Of a stretch of DNA of 64,000 nucleotides, positions 14,520-28,634 are shown in pieces. The stretch's first letter is position 1. Each line of letters opens with the position of its first letter. The translations under genes were made by a program, and so were the position numbers. The stretch comes from Octopus vulgaris (lineage: Eukaryota), in contig OX597816.1 in assembly GCA_951406725.2 (NCBI GenBank), forward strand, positions 24,552,001 to 24,616,000. The letters run 5' to 3'. The notes under the pieces were generated by a model. The model did no database searches. It had not been told where the DNA came from and saw only the letters and a program-made list of their open reading frames with translations.

Positions 14520-16639
14520 CTGGAGAAAAAAAAAATTATAGTTTGCTTTTGGTTTCCTTTTTTTTTTAAATTATTATTTATCTTTATGTCATTTACCTGC
14601 TTCTGTCATTAGGATGGTGCCATGCTGGAGCACCATCATCATCATCATCATCATCATTTAACGTCCACTTTCCATGCTAGCATGGGTTGGACGGTTCGAC
14701 CGGGGTCTGGGAAGCCAGGAGGCTGCACCAGGCCCAGTCTGATCTGGCAGTGTTTCTACAGCTGGATGCCCTTCCTAATGCCAACCACTCCGTGAGTGTA
14801 GTGGGTGCTTTTTATGTGTCACTGGCACAGGTGCCAGGCGAGGCTGGCAACGACCACGATCAGTTGATGCTTTTTACATGCCACCGGCACGGAGGCCAGT
14901 CGAGGCAGCACTGGCAAAGGCCACATTCGGATGGTTCTTTTACGTGCCACTGGCACTGGTATCACAACTGAAAGATTTTAGTTGAACAGATCAAACCCCA
15001 CCCCACCATACTTAATTTCTTTCTTATATCATATCCAAAAGTCCGGTAATTATTTCATTGGTCTCTTTTGGTGAACTGCTAAGTTACAGGGATGTAAACA
15101 AACCAACACCACCTGTCAAGCAGCAAGAGAAGAACAAAGACAAGCACAAAGACATACACACACGATGGGCTTCCACAGAGTTTCCATCAACCAAAATTCC
15201 TTAATAAGGCATAGTAGGCTATAGCAGAAAGAAGTTGCCCAAGGTGCTGTGCAGTGGGATTGAACCAGAAACTACATGACTGCAAAGCAAGCTTCTTAAC
15301 CATACACCCATATCTGCGTACTCTTATTACTGCTTTACTCTCTTAATTGTTTCAGTCATTTGACTGTGACCATGCTGGAGCACTGCCTTTAGTCAAGCAA
15401 ATCGACCCCAGGACTTATTCTTTGCAAGCCTAGTACTTATTCTATCAGTCTCTTTTTGCTGAACCACTAAGTTATGGGGACGTAAACACACCAGCATCGG
15501 TTGTCAAATGATGTTGGGGAGGAGGCAAACACAGACACACAAACATAAACACACATATATATATACATATATATATACGACGGGCTTATTTCAGTTTCCG
15601 TCAACCAAATCCACTCACAAGGCTTTCGTCGGCTCGAGGCTATAGTAGAAGACACTTGCCCAAGGTGCCATGCAGTGGGATTGAACCCGGAACCATGTGG
15701 TAGGTAAGCAAGCTACTTACAACACAGCCACTCCTATGCCTATATATATATATATACATATACATTTTGATTTTTTATGATCCATTATAACTAAACATTG
15801 ATTTCTAACACAGCTGCAAATCAATGCCATATTAGCTCTTTTGTTATCACATTTCTGTGGAAGCAGGCTGCCTTTGTTCCAATAAATTTTGAAAATAAAG
15901 TAGAATTGGTGCTCCAGCATGGCCGCAGTTCTTTAATTGAAACTGGTAAAGGAGGTAAAGAAAGTAAATATTATGAAGTGTAGGTATGGATGTGTGGTAA
16001 GATGTTTGCTTCCTAACCACATGGTTCAGTCCCACTGAATGGCACCTTAGGGAAGTGTCTTCTACTACAGACTCGGGCTAACCAAAGCCTTGTGATTGCA
16101 TTCATTCAATTAAAAATTCGTCAAGGTGGTGCCGCACGTGGCCACAGTGTAATGACTGAAACAAGTAAAAGATAAAAGATATTAATAGGTGTAGGAATGG
16201 CTGTGTGGTAAGTACCTTGCTAACCAACCACATGGTTCTGGGTTCAGTCACACTGCATGGCACCTTGGGCAAGTATCTTCTACTATAGCCTCAGGCCGAC
16301 CAAAGCTTTGTGAGTGGATTTTATAGACAGAAACTGAAAGAAGCCCATTGTATATATGTATACATATGTATATATGTTTGTGTGTCTGTGTTTGTCCCCC
16401 CAACATCGCTTGACAACCGATGCTGGTGTGTCTACATGTCCCCATAACTTAGCAGTTCAGCAAAAGTGACTGATAGAACAAGTACTAGGCTTAGAAAGAA
16501 TAAGTCCTGGGGAGATTTGCTCGACTAAAGGCGGTGCTCCAGCATGGCCACAGTCAAATGACTGAAACAAGTAAATGAGCAAAAAGAGAGTAATCGGGTG
16601 TTCAGAACATATTAAAAAAATAATAAATGCGCCCTTTTA

Positions 16640-16875
16640 AAGCCTAGCCCGGCTCATGGGCCCAGTTTCCCAGTTTCTATGGCGTATGTGTTCTCCAGCT
16701 GGATGGGACGCCAGTCCATCGCAGGGTTACTCATTTTTGCCAGCTGAGTGGACTGGAGCAACGTGAAATGAAGTGTTTTGCTCAAGAACACAACGCGTCG
16801 CCCGGTCCACAAATCGAAACCACAATCTTACAATCATGATGCTGACACCCTAACCACTAAGCCACGTGCCTCCAC
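16640..16875 (-). mobile_element. tRNA-derived SINE family D (others at about 880-1195, 7125-7445)
   Basis: ggaggcacgtggcttagtggttagggtg head; gttgtgttcttgagcaa body. Confidence 0.65.
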
Positions 16876-17269
16876 ATACATATGTATGTGTGTGTGTAAA
16901 TATATACATGTTTAAAGAACGTGTTTATCATTGCAAACATTGGCAAGAACATACCTTTAGTTCCTATAATTAATTTCTACCATTCTATTAAATTTGACCT
17001 TTAACTGTCTTCTTACATTTCACTTCCACTAAATATATCTATTTCCACGCCTTTAACCTTTATTCCTATTCACCTATCACACTATATTTCTCCACTTTTA
17101 ATTTTCTGCTAATTTCTTTCTTCCTCCTCCTTCTCTTTCTATAAATTCCCTTTGACGTCATATCTATTAACAGTTTGTTTTTTAAATAACGTACCAGCGT
17201 TCCCTTCATTATATATGCAGTAATCACGTCTGGTTAAAATGTCTTATTGATGAGTTTTGTTTCTCTTTT

Positions 17270-17357
17270 TTTCCCTGATGAGAACATTGCATTGATTTAC
17301 ATAATTTTATTCCTTCTGGAATAATACCAATGTTGTCTTCAAAACATATGTCAGAAG
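17270..17357 (+). ncRNA. Degenerate hammerhead motif, same family (GAAA changed to AAAA)
   Basis: ttcc CTGATGA gaaca...tgtcttc AAAA CATATG TC agaag. Confidence 0.6.
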
Positions 17358-17394
17358 TATGAAGATTTGAATAACACCTGCATTTAACTCCATT

Positions 17395-17443
<49 letters not shown>

Positions 17444-17445
17444 GC

Positions 17446-17566
<121 letters not shown>

Positions 17567-17571
17567 GTATA

Positions 17572-17629
<58 letters not shown>

Positions 17630-17670
17630 TCTGTATATATATGTATATATATATATATATATATTGTATA

Positions 17671-17729
<59 letters not shown>

Positions 17730-17805
17730 TATACATATATATATACATATATATACATATATATATATATACATACATATATATATACATATATATATAT
17801 ATACA

Positions 17806-18192
17806 CTAGCAGTATCGCCCGGCGTTGCTCAGGTTTGTAAGGGAAATAACTATAAAGCATCTTTAGAGAGTTATAGCCAAAAAATAGCAAAAAAATGGAA
17901 AAAAAATGATCGTAAATTTTTTTTTGAGAGTAAAAAAAGGTTGAGTTGCGTCCCCTAGACAGTCTGTGGTTTGTTTTTTTTTATTCTCGACCCCATGTCG
18001 AATTTATCGATTTTTTTCAGAACTGGGGGAACTTTTCAAAATTTTCGCTGCGTTAGTTTTGAATTATGACATTGGGCTATGCGTGTGTCAAGTTTCATCA
18101 GAATCGGTTGAAAGCCGTGGTCAGGGTGAGGGTACGAGAAAACAGACACACAGAAACACGCACAGACAAACTGCCGTTTATATATAGAGAGA
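17806..18192 (-). mobile_element. Non-autonomous Helitron-like element inside a (TA)n tract
   Basis: Minus strand starts TC and ends CTAG, inserted between A and T; imperfect subterminal GC hairpin cctgagcaacgccggg. Confidence 0.7.
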
Positions 18193-18195
18193 TAC

Positions 18196-18232
<37 letters not shown>

Positions 18233-18272
18233 CATATATATATACATATATATACATACATATATATACATA

Positions 18273-18326
<54 letters not shown>

Positions 18327-18411
18327 CATATATATATATACATATATATATATACATATATATATATACATATATATATATACATATATATATATACATA
18401 TATATATATAC

Positions 18412-18444
<33 letters not shown>

Positions 18445-18541
18445 CATATATACATACATACATATATACATACATATATACATACATATATACATATATA
18501 TATACATACATATATACATACATATATACATATATATATAC

Positions 18542-18574
<33 letters not shown>

Positions 18575-18655
18575 CATATATATATATATGTATATATATA
18601 TATATGAATAAATAAAAGAATGGAGTTGAATGAAGATGTTAACAAAATTCCTGTA

Positions 18656-18738
18656 CTCTCGACATATGTTTCGAAGACAACATGGTTTCATTCCAAAAGG
18701 AATAAAGGGTGCAAGATGCAATCTTCTTATCAGGAAAG
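18656..18738 (-). ncRNA. Degenerate hammerhead motif, same family (core CTGATAA)
   Basis: ctttc CTGATAA gaaga...tcttc GAAA CATATG TC gagag. Confidence 0.6.
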
Positions 18739-19403
18739 AAAGGGAGCCTCTCTCAACAACAAGACAAACAAAAATTTCGATATGTATACACATATACATC
18801 ATCATCGTTTAACATCCGCTTTCCGTGCTAGCATGGGTTGGACAATTCGACTGAGGTCTGGCGAACCAGATGGCTGCACCAGGCTCCAAGTAATACTTAT
18901 TTATTCACATTGTTTTGGATTAATCCAGTATCATGTTACAGCTTTTAAATTTCAATGATGCGATGGTATATTTTTAGAATGACATTATAGGGTAGGTGTG
19001 AGAGGTCAGAACTGGCTTGTTCAAACATAAAACAAATACAATATTTGAGCCAGATATGGCCAGTTTAAATGTTAAAGGGTAAACATCTGTTTTCCATGCT
19101 GACATATGTTGACCAGGTTCACAGGAGGTGGCGAGGGAAGGAGCCACAACAGGCTCTGTTGTCTGTTTTGGCCATATTTTCTACACTGGATACCCTTCCT
19201 AAAGTCAACCACTTTACAGAGTGTCAGCGACATATGTACATATGCATACAAATGAAAGAAACCTGGTGTATATATATGTATATATATATATATATATATA
19301 TTAATAGTAATGGTAAGACAACAAAAGAATGAATGAGAACTCTATATTATGTAAATAGAGGAATTTATCTGTAATATAATATGTGACAATTATTTGGTTG
19401 GCA

Positions 19404-19466
19404 TAATAAAATTCCGAGTTTCGGATGTTGGGGTGGAAATCTGCTCCGCCATCTCGTCAGTTATTA
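19404..19466 (-). ncRNA. Hammerhead motif in the left arm of a fold-back element (mirror copy at 19483-19548, +)
   Basis: TAATAA CTGACGA GATG...CATCC GAAA CTCGGAA TT TTATTA; 6-bp stem I. Confidence 0.55.
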
Positions 19467-21048
19467 ATAACAGGGTTTGTCTTAATAACTGACGAGATGC
19501 CAGAGTAGATTTCCACCCTGACATCCAAAACTTTATTACGGCAACCGAATAATTGTCACATATTATATTACAGATATATATATATATAAATATATGGAGT
19601 TTAACGCAGGTATAATTCAAATACTTTTACTTCTGACACATGTTTCGAAGATTTCACTGATATTATTCAAAAGAATAAAAAATTCCACGTAAATTAGAAG
19701 TTTCTACCTTTAAAAATAAAGAGTTACAACGTCTTTACTTGTGTGATTTTTTGCTACCATGGAAACTATTTATCTATCTTTTCCGTGTTAATTGTTAACA
19801 AGGGAAAAATACATTCATCTATTTATATATATATACCAATTAAGGACTGAACACGAAAAGTGGACAGTCAACATGCTAGATATAGACGTCAAATCGCCGA
19901 CGTCTATATCTAGCATGTTGACTGTCCACTTTTCGTGTTCAGTCCTTAATTGGTATATATAAATATTTTAATCTTCGGATTCTTTTTTAATATGCTGGAC
20001 CACTGGTTTTAATTGATAAATATCAATTTCTACCCTTAATTAATTTTATATATACGATGAATTTCTTTCAATTTCCGTCTACCAAATCCACTCACAAGGC
20101 TTTGGCCGGCCTGAGGCTATAGTAGAAGACACTTGCCCAAGGTACCATGCAGTGGGACTGAACCTGAGACTATATGCTTGAGATGCAAGCTTCTTAACCA
20201 ACTAGCTGTGCCTGTGCCTTCAAGCACACACACTCCTACAGCTATGCTCAAGAGAAATAAAAAGATTTATTATTACTATACTCTCTTGGCTGCTGAGAAG
20301 GGAAAGATATAGACTTAATTTATATCTGAAAGATCTGGAAAGCACTAGCATAAAACGTTGGCATCGAAAGCTATAGAAATCCACAAAGGCACCACTGTAA
20401 CATGCTAAAGATAATATAAAATCCATTCTGAGTAAGAACTAGCAACTGCAATAGGTTAGGTTTCAAAGAACCATAAATATTGAATTCCTGATAAAACAGA
20501 AACGATCTCTATGAAGTACATGTCACCATATTGAATCAGCACTAGTGTAATGTATTGTTTTAATATTCTGCATTAATCTACAGCACGGTAAGAGTTATAT
20601 CAGAGAGCAGCTGCATCAAACGCCCATATTTGCCAAATAAACAGAACACAATAAAGGTCTGTAGTAGATTTGATAGCAGGAAGCCCAGCAACATTACAAA
20701 GTGAAACCAGTGATAGAATGCAACGCCAAAAAGCAGTTAATGTCCATTCTTAAAATAAGATAAGTTTTTATTCCACAATTACAGTTGAATTATAATGTTT
20801 TAGTGTTTTGGTTTGGCCCATAGTCTCTTTTACTCTTTTACTTACTTTTACTTACTTCAGTCATTTGACTGTGGCCATGCTGGAGCATTGTCTTTAGCCG
20901 AGAAAATTGACCCCAGGACTTATTCTTTGTAAGCCTACTACTTATTCTCTTTTGCCGAACTGCTAAGTTACGGGGACTATAACACACCAGCATCGGTTGT
21001 CAAGCAATGATGAGTGGACAAACACAGACACACAAACATATACACACA

Positions 21049-21095
<47 letters not shown>

Positions 21096-22629
21096 GTACG
21101 ATGTGCTTCTTTCAGTTTCCACCTGAGGCTATAGTAGAAGGCACTTGCCCAAGATGCCACGCAGTGGGAACCCGAAACCATGTGGTTGGTAAGCAAGCTA
21201 CTTACCACACAGCCACTCCTACGTCTAATAAATTTTTATAATAAAAATGCTTAAGAAATAATATTTTACTTTTGTATTTGGTTTAAAATATAACAAGGTG
21301 TGTGTGTGTTGTGTGCATGTGTGTGTGTATGTAGGTATGTATGTATATTTGTATATATACAACAAGCTTCTTCTAGTTTCCATCTAACAAATCCACTTAC
21401 AAGGTTTTGATCAACTTGTGAGTTATGGTAGAAGAAGACAGTTGCCCAAAGTAGCATGCAGTAGGACTGAACCCAAAACCACACGGTTGGGAAGCAAGCT
21501 CCTTAACCACACAGCCACGCATCCTCCTAAATATATTCTTTCAGTTTGCATCTACCAAATTCACTCACAAAGCTTTGCTTGGCCCGAGGCTATAGAAGAA
21601 GATACTAAGCAGTGGGACTGAACCCAGAACCATGTGATTGGGAAGTAAGGTCCTTAACCACACAGCCCACACCTAGATGTGGTCTAAAATGTTTGGGTTG
21701 CCAACATGTGTAGCAACTGCCTCTTCCAAATTGTGTAAACTGCACTTTAACATGGAGCAATAATGAAATCTTATTGAGGGTCAGTAGCTGTTTGGTGCTG
21801 AAGTAGTTCCTGGCTCTTCTACTTGGTTCTTCCCATTTGTAGAGATTAATGTCAGGCAAAGAAGACAGCTCCATTTTATTTCCGTTTTATTATCATTTAC
21901 CATGCAAGCTATTTTTACAGCAAGCGCCATATTTCCTCCAGGTAACTTGTCGTTAATCAATATTATTTGCAAACTCTACACCACCACCACCAACAACTTT
22001 TACAAAATAATTCCTATTTATCAATCTATCATTCTACAAAGTTCAATACTAAAACCACTGACCAGTTTCTGCAGTAAACCCCAACTTCTTCAGATCGTCC
22101 ATCACCGCCCCGCCCATTTGCCTTCAGCTAATTTAAAGTCAATCACATTTTTGTTTGTCATAGGGAGTCTTCCAATATAACGCCTGTTTGGCAATTTTGA
22201 TTTCAAACTCAGTGTACGCCTAATCCATCACTTCAAACTTTCATTTACATTATCAGCAAGCGATATTTTCTGTTGGTTTTTTTCATTTTTTTGTTGTTTT
22301 TTTCTAGTTTCAGCTCAGAGCTGCGACCATGCTGATGCACCGCCGTTTTACATGGAATTTCAATATTACTAAGATGGAAATAGTTTATCTTCCATTTGTG
22401 AATTTTACAGCAGCAACGAAAAGAATAATAATAATGTTAGATGTTAATGCATTAGCTAAACTAATATAACACTTTTCGAAGCGTAAGGTCAAAACAGTTT
22501 TTCTTTCCATTCCATTTTCATGTTTCTATTAGCAATTCTTCCATTTTAGCACAGGATTGGATAGTAATGTCAATTCAGAATTTTCACTTTTTTTTTTGTT
22601 GTTGTAATAAAATAGAAAAATTTGTTTTT

Positions 22630-23292
22630 ATACTATACTTACTATACTATATTACTGCATATACTTACTATACTATATTACTTAATATACTATATTACTA
22701 TATTATATTACTGCATATACTTACTATACTATATTACTTACTATATTAGTACATATACTTACTATACTATATTACTATATTATATTACTGCATATACTTA
22801 CTATACTATATAACTATACTATATTAGTACATACACTTACTATACTATATTACTTAATATACTATACTATATTATATTACTGCATATACTTACTATACTA
22901 TATTACTTACTATATTAGTACATATACTTACTATACTATATTACTATATTATATTACTGCATATACTTACTATACTATATAACAATACTATATTAGTACA
23001 TATACTTACTATACTATATTACTATATTATATTACTGCATATACTTACTATACTATATTACAATACTATATTACTGCATATACTTACTATACTATATTAC
23101 TTAATATACTATATTACTTAATATACTATATTACTGCATATACTTACTATACTATATTACTTACTATACTATATTACTTACTATACTATATTACTATACT
23201 ATACTATATTATATTACTATACTATATTACTGCATATACTTACTATACTATATTACTTATACTTACTATACTATATTACTGCATATACTTTA
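22630..23292. repeat. AT-rich degenerate minisatellite built from tactatactatattactgcatatact-like units
   Basis: Visible tandem repetition. Confidence 0.85.
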
Positions 23293-23954
23293 TACACACC
23301 TTTTGACAAGATGTGGTGCACCTGAGCACTGTACACAATAATTTCATTATTATTATTATTATTATTATTACTTGTTAAGGTTCTCTCTACAGATATTCTG
23401 TAAAAATTATAGCTAGCACTAATTTTTTATAATGTATTTGAGACATCAGATGGGCGTATATGCCATATTTTGGGTGGGGTGTACCCCTTCATCAGCTCCC
23501 ATCTAACCCATTAATCATACTTGAATGCATTGCTAAGATAGCCACTATATATAGTGGTGTACATCATTATCATCATCATCGTTTAACGTCTGCTTTCCAT
23601 GCTAGCATGGGTTGGACGATTTGGCTGAGGACTCATGAGCCAGATGGCTGCGCCAGGCTCCAATCTGATCTGGCAGAGTTTCTACAGCTCGATGCCCTTC
23701 CTAACGCCAACCACTCTGAGTGTGTAGTGGACGGCTTGACCAGGGCTGGTAAAGTGGAAGGCTGTACCAGACTCAAGTCTAATTTGGCATGGTTTTCTAT
23801 GGCTGGATGCCCTTCTTAATGTCAACCACTCTGAGAGTGTAATGGATACTTTTACATGCCATTTGCGTTGACACCAGTATCTGCCATGACTGCAATTTTG
23901 CTTGGCTTGATGTGTCTTCTTCTCAAGCATGACATAATGCCAAAGGTCTCAGTC

Positions 23955-24122
23955 ATTGCCTCTGTGAGGCCCAATACTCGAAAGGACCTCAACCATTTAG
24001 CCTCCGTGAGACCCAATGCTCGAAAGTATCTCAGCCACTTTGCCTCTGTGCGGCCCAATGCTCGAAAGGGAACTCAGCCACTTAGCCTCCATGAGGCCCA
24101 GCGCTCAAAAGGAACTCAACCA
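23955..24122. repeat. Tandem repeat of about 41 bp, four copies
   Basis: gcctctgtgaggcccaatgctcgaaaggaactcagccactt variants. Confidence 0.8.
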
Positions 24123-24475
24123 CAAAGATGAAAAATGGGTAATGAGCATATCATGCCTGGCATGATAATGAGAGTAAGCTCACAGAGTGGTTGGCGTTAG
24201 GAAGGGCATCCAGCTGTAGACACTCTGCCAGATCAGGATTGGAGCCTGGTGCAGCCATCTGGTTCACCAGACCTCAGTCGAATCGTCCAACCCATGCTAG
24301 CATGGAAAGCGGACGTTAAACGATGATGATGATGATGATGATGATGACTGTTGACTCCTGAGCTATATTAAAAATATAGCATGGGAGTCAATGGTAACTC
24401 CCATGGTCAACAAAGTGTTAAATAAGAGAAATGCAGATTAGAAAAGAACATGATAAAAGAACAAAAGCGACTCAC

Positions 24476-24572
24476 TTGTTTAAGATATGTAAATTGGTTT
24501 TGAGGAAATCCTTGAAGTCTTCTACTTCAGAATCAGCTAAAACTGCATTGTAGAGTTTCTCCATATTTTTAG
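24476..24572 (-). CDS. TEP1: TEP1-like exon (KNMEKLYNAVLADSEVEDFKDFLKTNLHILN)
   Basis: tttttacag / gtgagt; phase 1-2. Confidence 0.82.
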
Positions 24573-25074
24573 CTGTAAAAATTAAACAGAGTAGTTACTT
24601 GATTATAATTAATATGACCACTATCAACATCATCATCATTATTATTGCTTATTTAAGGCAGGGAGCTGGCAGAATTGTTAGCACACCAGGCAAAATGCTT
24701 AGCGGTATGTTTGCTTGCTGCTATGTTCTGAGTTCAAATTCCACGGAGGTCAACTTTGCCTTTCATACTTTCAGGGTCAATTAAATAAGTACCAGTTATG
24801 CACTGGGGTTGATATAATCGACTTAATCCATTTGTCTGTCCTTGTTTGTCCTCTCTGTGTTTAGCCCCTTGTGGGCAGTAAAGAAATAGGTATTTTTGCT
24901 TGCTGCTATGTTCTGAGTTCAAATTCCACGGAGGTCAACTATGCCTTTCATCCTTTCAGGGTCAATAAAATAAGTACCAGCTGAGTATTGGGGTCAATGT
25001 AACCAACTAGACCCCCACTTCCTTTAAAATTTCAGGCCTTGTGCCTATAGTAAAAAGTATTATTATTATTATTA

Positions 25075-26469
25075 CTTTTTTTTTCTTCTTTCAAATTTGC
25101 TTCCATTTCTTGCCAAGTGTCTTCCCGACTCCTAGGGCAAAGAAACTCATAGTATACATTGGTAGGCCATTAAACCAAACTCAGTAGTTCGTTCATTTTT
25201 TCTTTTTTCTTTTTAAAGTTAAATTAAAATACATGAGCAGCAACAGTTCTCACATCGACAATGCTCTTCTCAATACGTGTGATGTACCAGTTAAGACAAT
25301 CTTTTGCACTTCTTGCAGGGATGGTAAGCCAGGGATCATTCTCATATAATTTTCGGTTCCCTTCTTGATCATTCCTAGTGCTCCTACGATCACTGGTATT
25401 GTAACCGCCTTGAGATGCCACATTTTCTCAATTTCAATGAGTAGGTCTTTATATTTTCTGAGCTTGTCAAACTCTTTCGCTGAGATATTATGATCACAGG
25501 GGATGCTCATGTCGATCAATAAGCAAACTTTATTGTTTTGGTCTTTCACAACAATATCTGGTTTATTGGCCTTGATGGTTCGGTCTGAATGTACTGGAAA
25601 GTCCCACAGAATGGTTACATTTTCTCCTTCAGTTACAGCCTCAGGGTGGTGATTATACCACTTGTCGGCAGTTTTGATATTGTAATGCCGACTTATTAGC
25701 CAGTGGAGATATTGGCCAACTCTGTCATGTCTTAATTTATACTCCACTGGTGCTAAGACTTTACATCCAGAGATTAGGTGGTCCACTGTTTCAATCATGT
25801 CGTTGCAGAATCGGCATTTTGGGTCTGCTCCATTTTTCATCCACATTGGCCTGGTAGTTCCGAGTTAATAGGCTTTGATCTTGAGCAGCCAGGATGAAAC
25901 CTTCGCTCTCTGCTTTTAGCCCTGAGCTCCGTAGCCACTGATGGGTTTGCTTCTGGTCAACATCAGCTTGTTTGCTGCGGGTCACATATTTGCCGTGCAG
26001 AGGTTTCTCCTCCCACCTATCAGCCAATTGCTCGTGCGCTTTTTTCATTGCCATCATTTTCACCTTCTTTGCAACAATAGTTGCCGTACTTCCCTCGGGT
26101 TGTTCAGTTTGGGTATCCTGCACGAGATCAATAGCAAATTTTTTGCTTTCCTTTATGATAGAATGAAGCTTCTTTCGTCTCTCGTGATTTTCCACGAGCT
26201 TTAGCATCCAGTCATTCGATATTTCGAGATATTTGGCCAGTCCAATTGTGGTTGTTTTGTAAGCTAGTTCAAATTGGATCAGGCCTCGACCTCCTTGGGC
26301 TCTGGGAAGGTAAAGGCGATCTACGTCTGCCTTTGGGTGGTGCATCCTATTACAACTCAGCAGCTTGCATATTTTTCTATCTATATTCTTTACTTCACTC
26401 ATATTCCAGTTCAACACATTGTAGCTATAAGTAACAACTGGAACTGCTAAGGAATTTATAGCTAACACC

Positions 26470-26470
<1 letters not shown>
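25075..26470 (-). mobile_element. 5'-truncated R4/Dong-type LINE (C-terminal part and RLE endonuclease)
   Basis: GGRGL, AAQDQ, CRFC...HLISGC, RHD, NKPDI, KLRKY; (TAA)n at both ends; frameshift near 25845. Confidence 0.9.
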
Positions 26471-26518
<48 letters not shown>

Positions 26519-27430
26519 CATTATTATTATACAATGTGGCAAGCTGGACGGAATGCTTAGCGGTATTTCACCCATTGCTACATTCTAAGTTCAAATTCCG
26601 CCAAGGTCAACTTTGCCTTTCATCCTTTTGGGGTCAATAAAATAAGTATCAGTGACTAGTCCCCTGCCACAAAATTTCAGGCCTTGGGCTTTTTAGTAGA
26701 AAGGATCAGTGTTGTTGTTATTGTTGTTATCGTTGTTCTTGTTGTTGATGCTGCTGCTGTTGTTGCTGCTGCTGTTGTTGTTACTGTTGTTGTCATTGAA
26801 AGCAGTGAGCTTGCAGAATTGTTAGCACATCAGACAAAATGCTAAGTTCTAATCCTGTCACAATAAAATTAGCACCAGTTGAGCATTAGGGTCAATGCAA
26901 TCAACTAACTACCACCACCTCCCCAACAGAATTGCTGGCATTGTGCCAAAATACGAAATTATTATTATTATTCATGGCACCCGTGCCAGTGACACATAAA
27001 AGACACCCAGTGCACTCATTGGATTCCATCAAACCATCCAACCCATGTTAACATGGGAAATAGATGTTAAATGATGATGATTTGGATGGTGATAATGACA
27101 ACGATGTGGATGATGACAATGACAATGATGATAATGACAATGACAACAACGACGACGGTGGTGGTGGTGGTGGAGATGATGACGGTGGTGGTGGTGGTGG
27201 TGATGATGGTGATGATGATGATGGTGGTGGTGGTGGCAGTGGTGGTGATGATGGTGGTGTGGTGGTGGTGGTGGTGGTGGTGGTGGTGGTGGTGGTGGTG
27301 GTGGTGGTGGTGGTGATGGTGATGATGGTGATGGTGATGATGGTGATGATGATGATGGTGGTGGTGATGATGGTGGTGGTGGTGGTGGTGGTGGTGGTGG
27401 TGGTAGTGGTGGTGATGATAAGGGACTTAC

Positions 27431-27554
27431 ATTGTATAAAACATGGTGAGTAGTACTCCAGCAGTATGGAACCCAGGCCAAACATGCACATAGAATGCAC
27501 AAAATTCAAATTGGTCAGTATGTTCTTCAGCTGAGAGAAAAGTTCTGCAGTTAT
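27431..27554 (-). CDS. TEP1: TEP1-like exon (ITAELFSQLKNILTNLNFVHSMCMFGLGSILLEYYSPCFIQ)
   Basis: (ctt)n-cag acceptor / gtaagt; LTNLxF motif. Confidence 0.85.
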
Positions 27555-28492
27555 CTGAAGAAGAAGAAGAAGAAGAAGAAGAAGAAAGAAATTAAACATC
27601 CGAAAATAAACATCTTACAAAATAAATAAATAAATAAACATAAAATAAAATAATTAAATATAATAAAACCAAATTAAAGCATTTACTGGCACATGAAAAA
27701 ACATTCCAGCTAGGTTGTTGCTAGTGCCGCTGGACTGGCTCCTGTGCAGATGGCATGCAAAAAAACACCATTTGAGCATGGCCGTTGCCAGTACCACCTG
27801 ACTGGCCCTTGTGCCGGTGGCACATAAAAGCACCCACTACAATCTTGGAGTGGTTGGCATTACGAAGGGCATCCAGCTGTAGAAACTCTGCCAGATCAGA
27901 TTGGAGTCTGGTGCAGCCAACTGATTCACCAGACCTCAGTCAAATCATCCAACCCATGCTAGCATGGAAAACGGACATTAAACGATGATGATGATGATTC
28001 TCAAAATGGGATATCCTTGTACTTTTTGAAATTTAGACTTGCCCCTTCTAGATTCTGAGTTTTAATCACCTCAAAGCTTATTTGGCAGTTCCACCTAGAA
28101 TCCTTATTGAAGATACTTGGCCCTCAATGGTAATAAATTATCTGTTTTTGTTAGTAGATTTGATCAGACAAAACTAAATCGTTGCTATTGATTGAAACAA
28201 TAAAAGTTTCTATTCCTTTTCACAGTACATCAACACAAAACTGTTTTTATTGAGACAACAAAGAGAGTCTTAGTATGGCTGCTTGACCAGTTAGAAATAG
28301 CTGACAGCTGTTCCTTTATTTCTCATGAGATATTTATGAATATTAAAATTAGTCAGAACAAATCTATGGTTTAAAACCATTCTGTTTACCTTACATTTCT
28401 AATTATGCTAGTACTACCCTTATATATATATATATCAATATGTGACAGCGTGTGTATCGTTGGCGATTTTCTTTCTCCGTCTTCTCTTCTAT

Positions 28493-28527
28493 ATTTCTGA
28501 TGAAGAGCTCAGCTCGAAACATGAAAT
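28493..28527 (+). ncRNA. Minimal hammerhead-like motif, decayed (related copies 8704-8738 -, about 59650-59685 -)
   Basis: ATTT CTGATGA A GAGC tca GCTC GAAA CA TG AAAT. Confidence 0.5.
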
Positions 28528-28634
28528 CCTTCTTTTTTTTTTCTTTCCTTTCCTGACCATCCAATAACACTGTACTTATTCCATATTCCTTGCTTGTTCA
28601 GGTTTGGATTGACTATTATATATATATATATTTT

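Noticed and set aside
16190-16260. tRNA-like A/B boxes (many copies)
   Set aside because: SINE heads; no complete cloverleaf and always followed by the SINE body.
23955-24122. Regularly spaced repeats resembling a CRISPR array
   Set aside because: Contiguous tandem units without unique spacers, no cas genes, eukaryotic intron.
27029-27430. Poly-P/H/T/V ORFs (also at 13512, 33467, 54113-54735)
   Set aside because: Trinucleotide microsatellites lying outside the splice sites.
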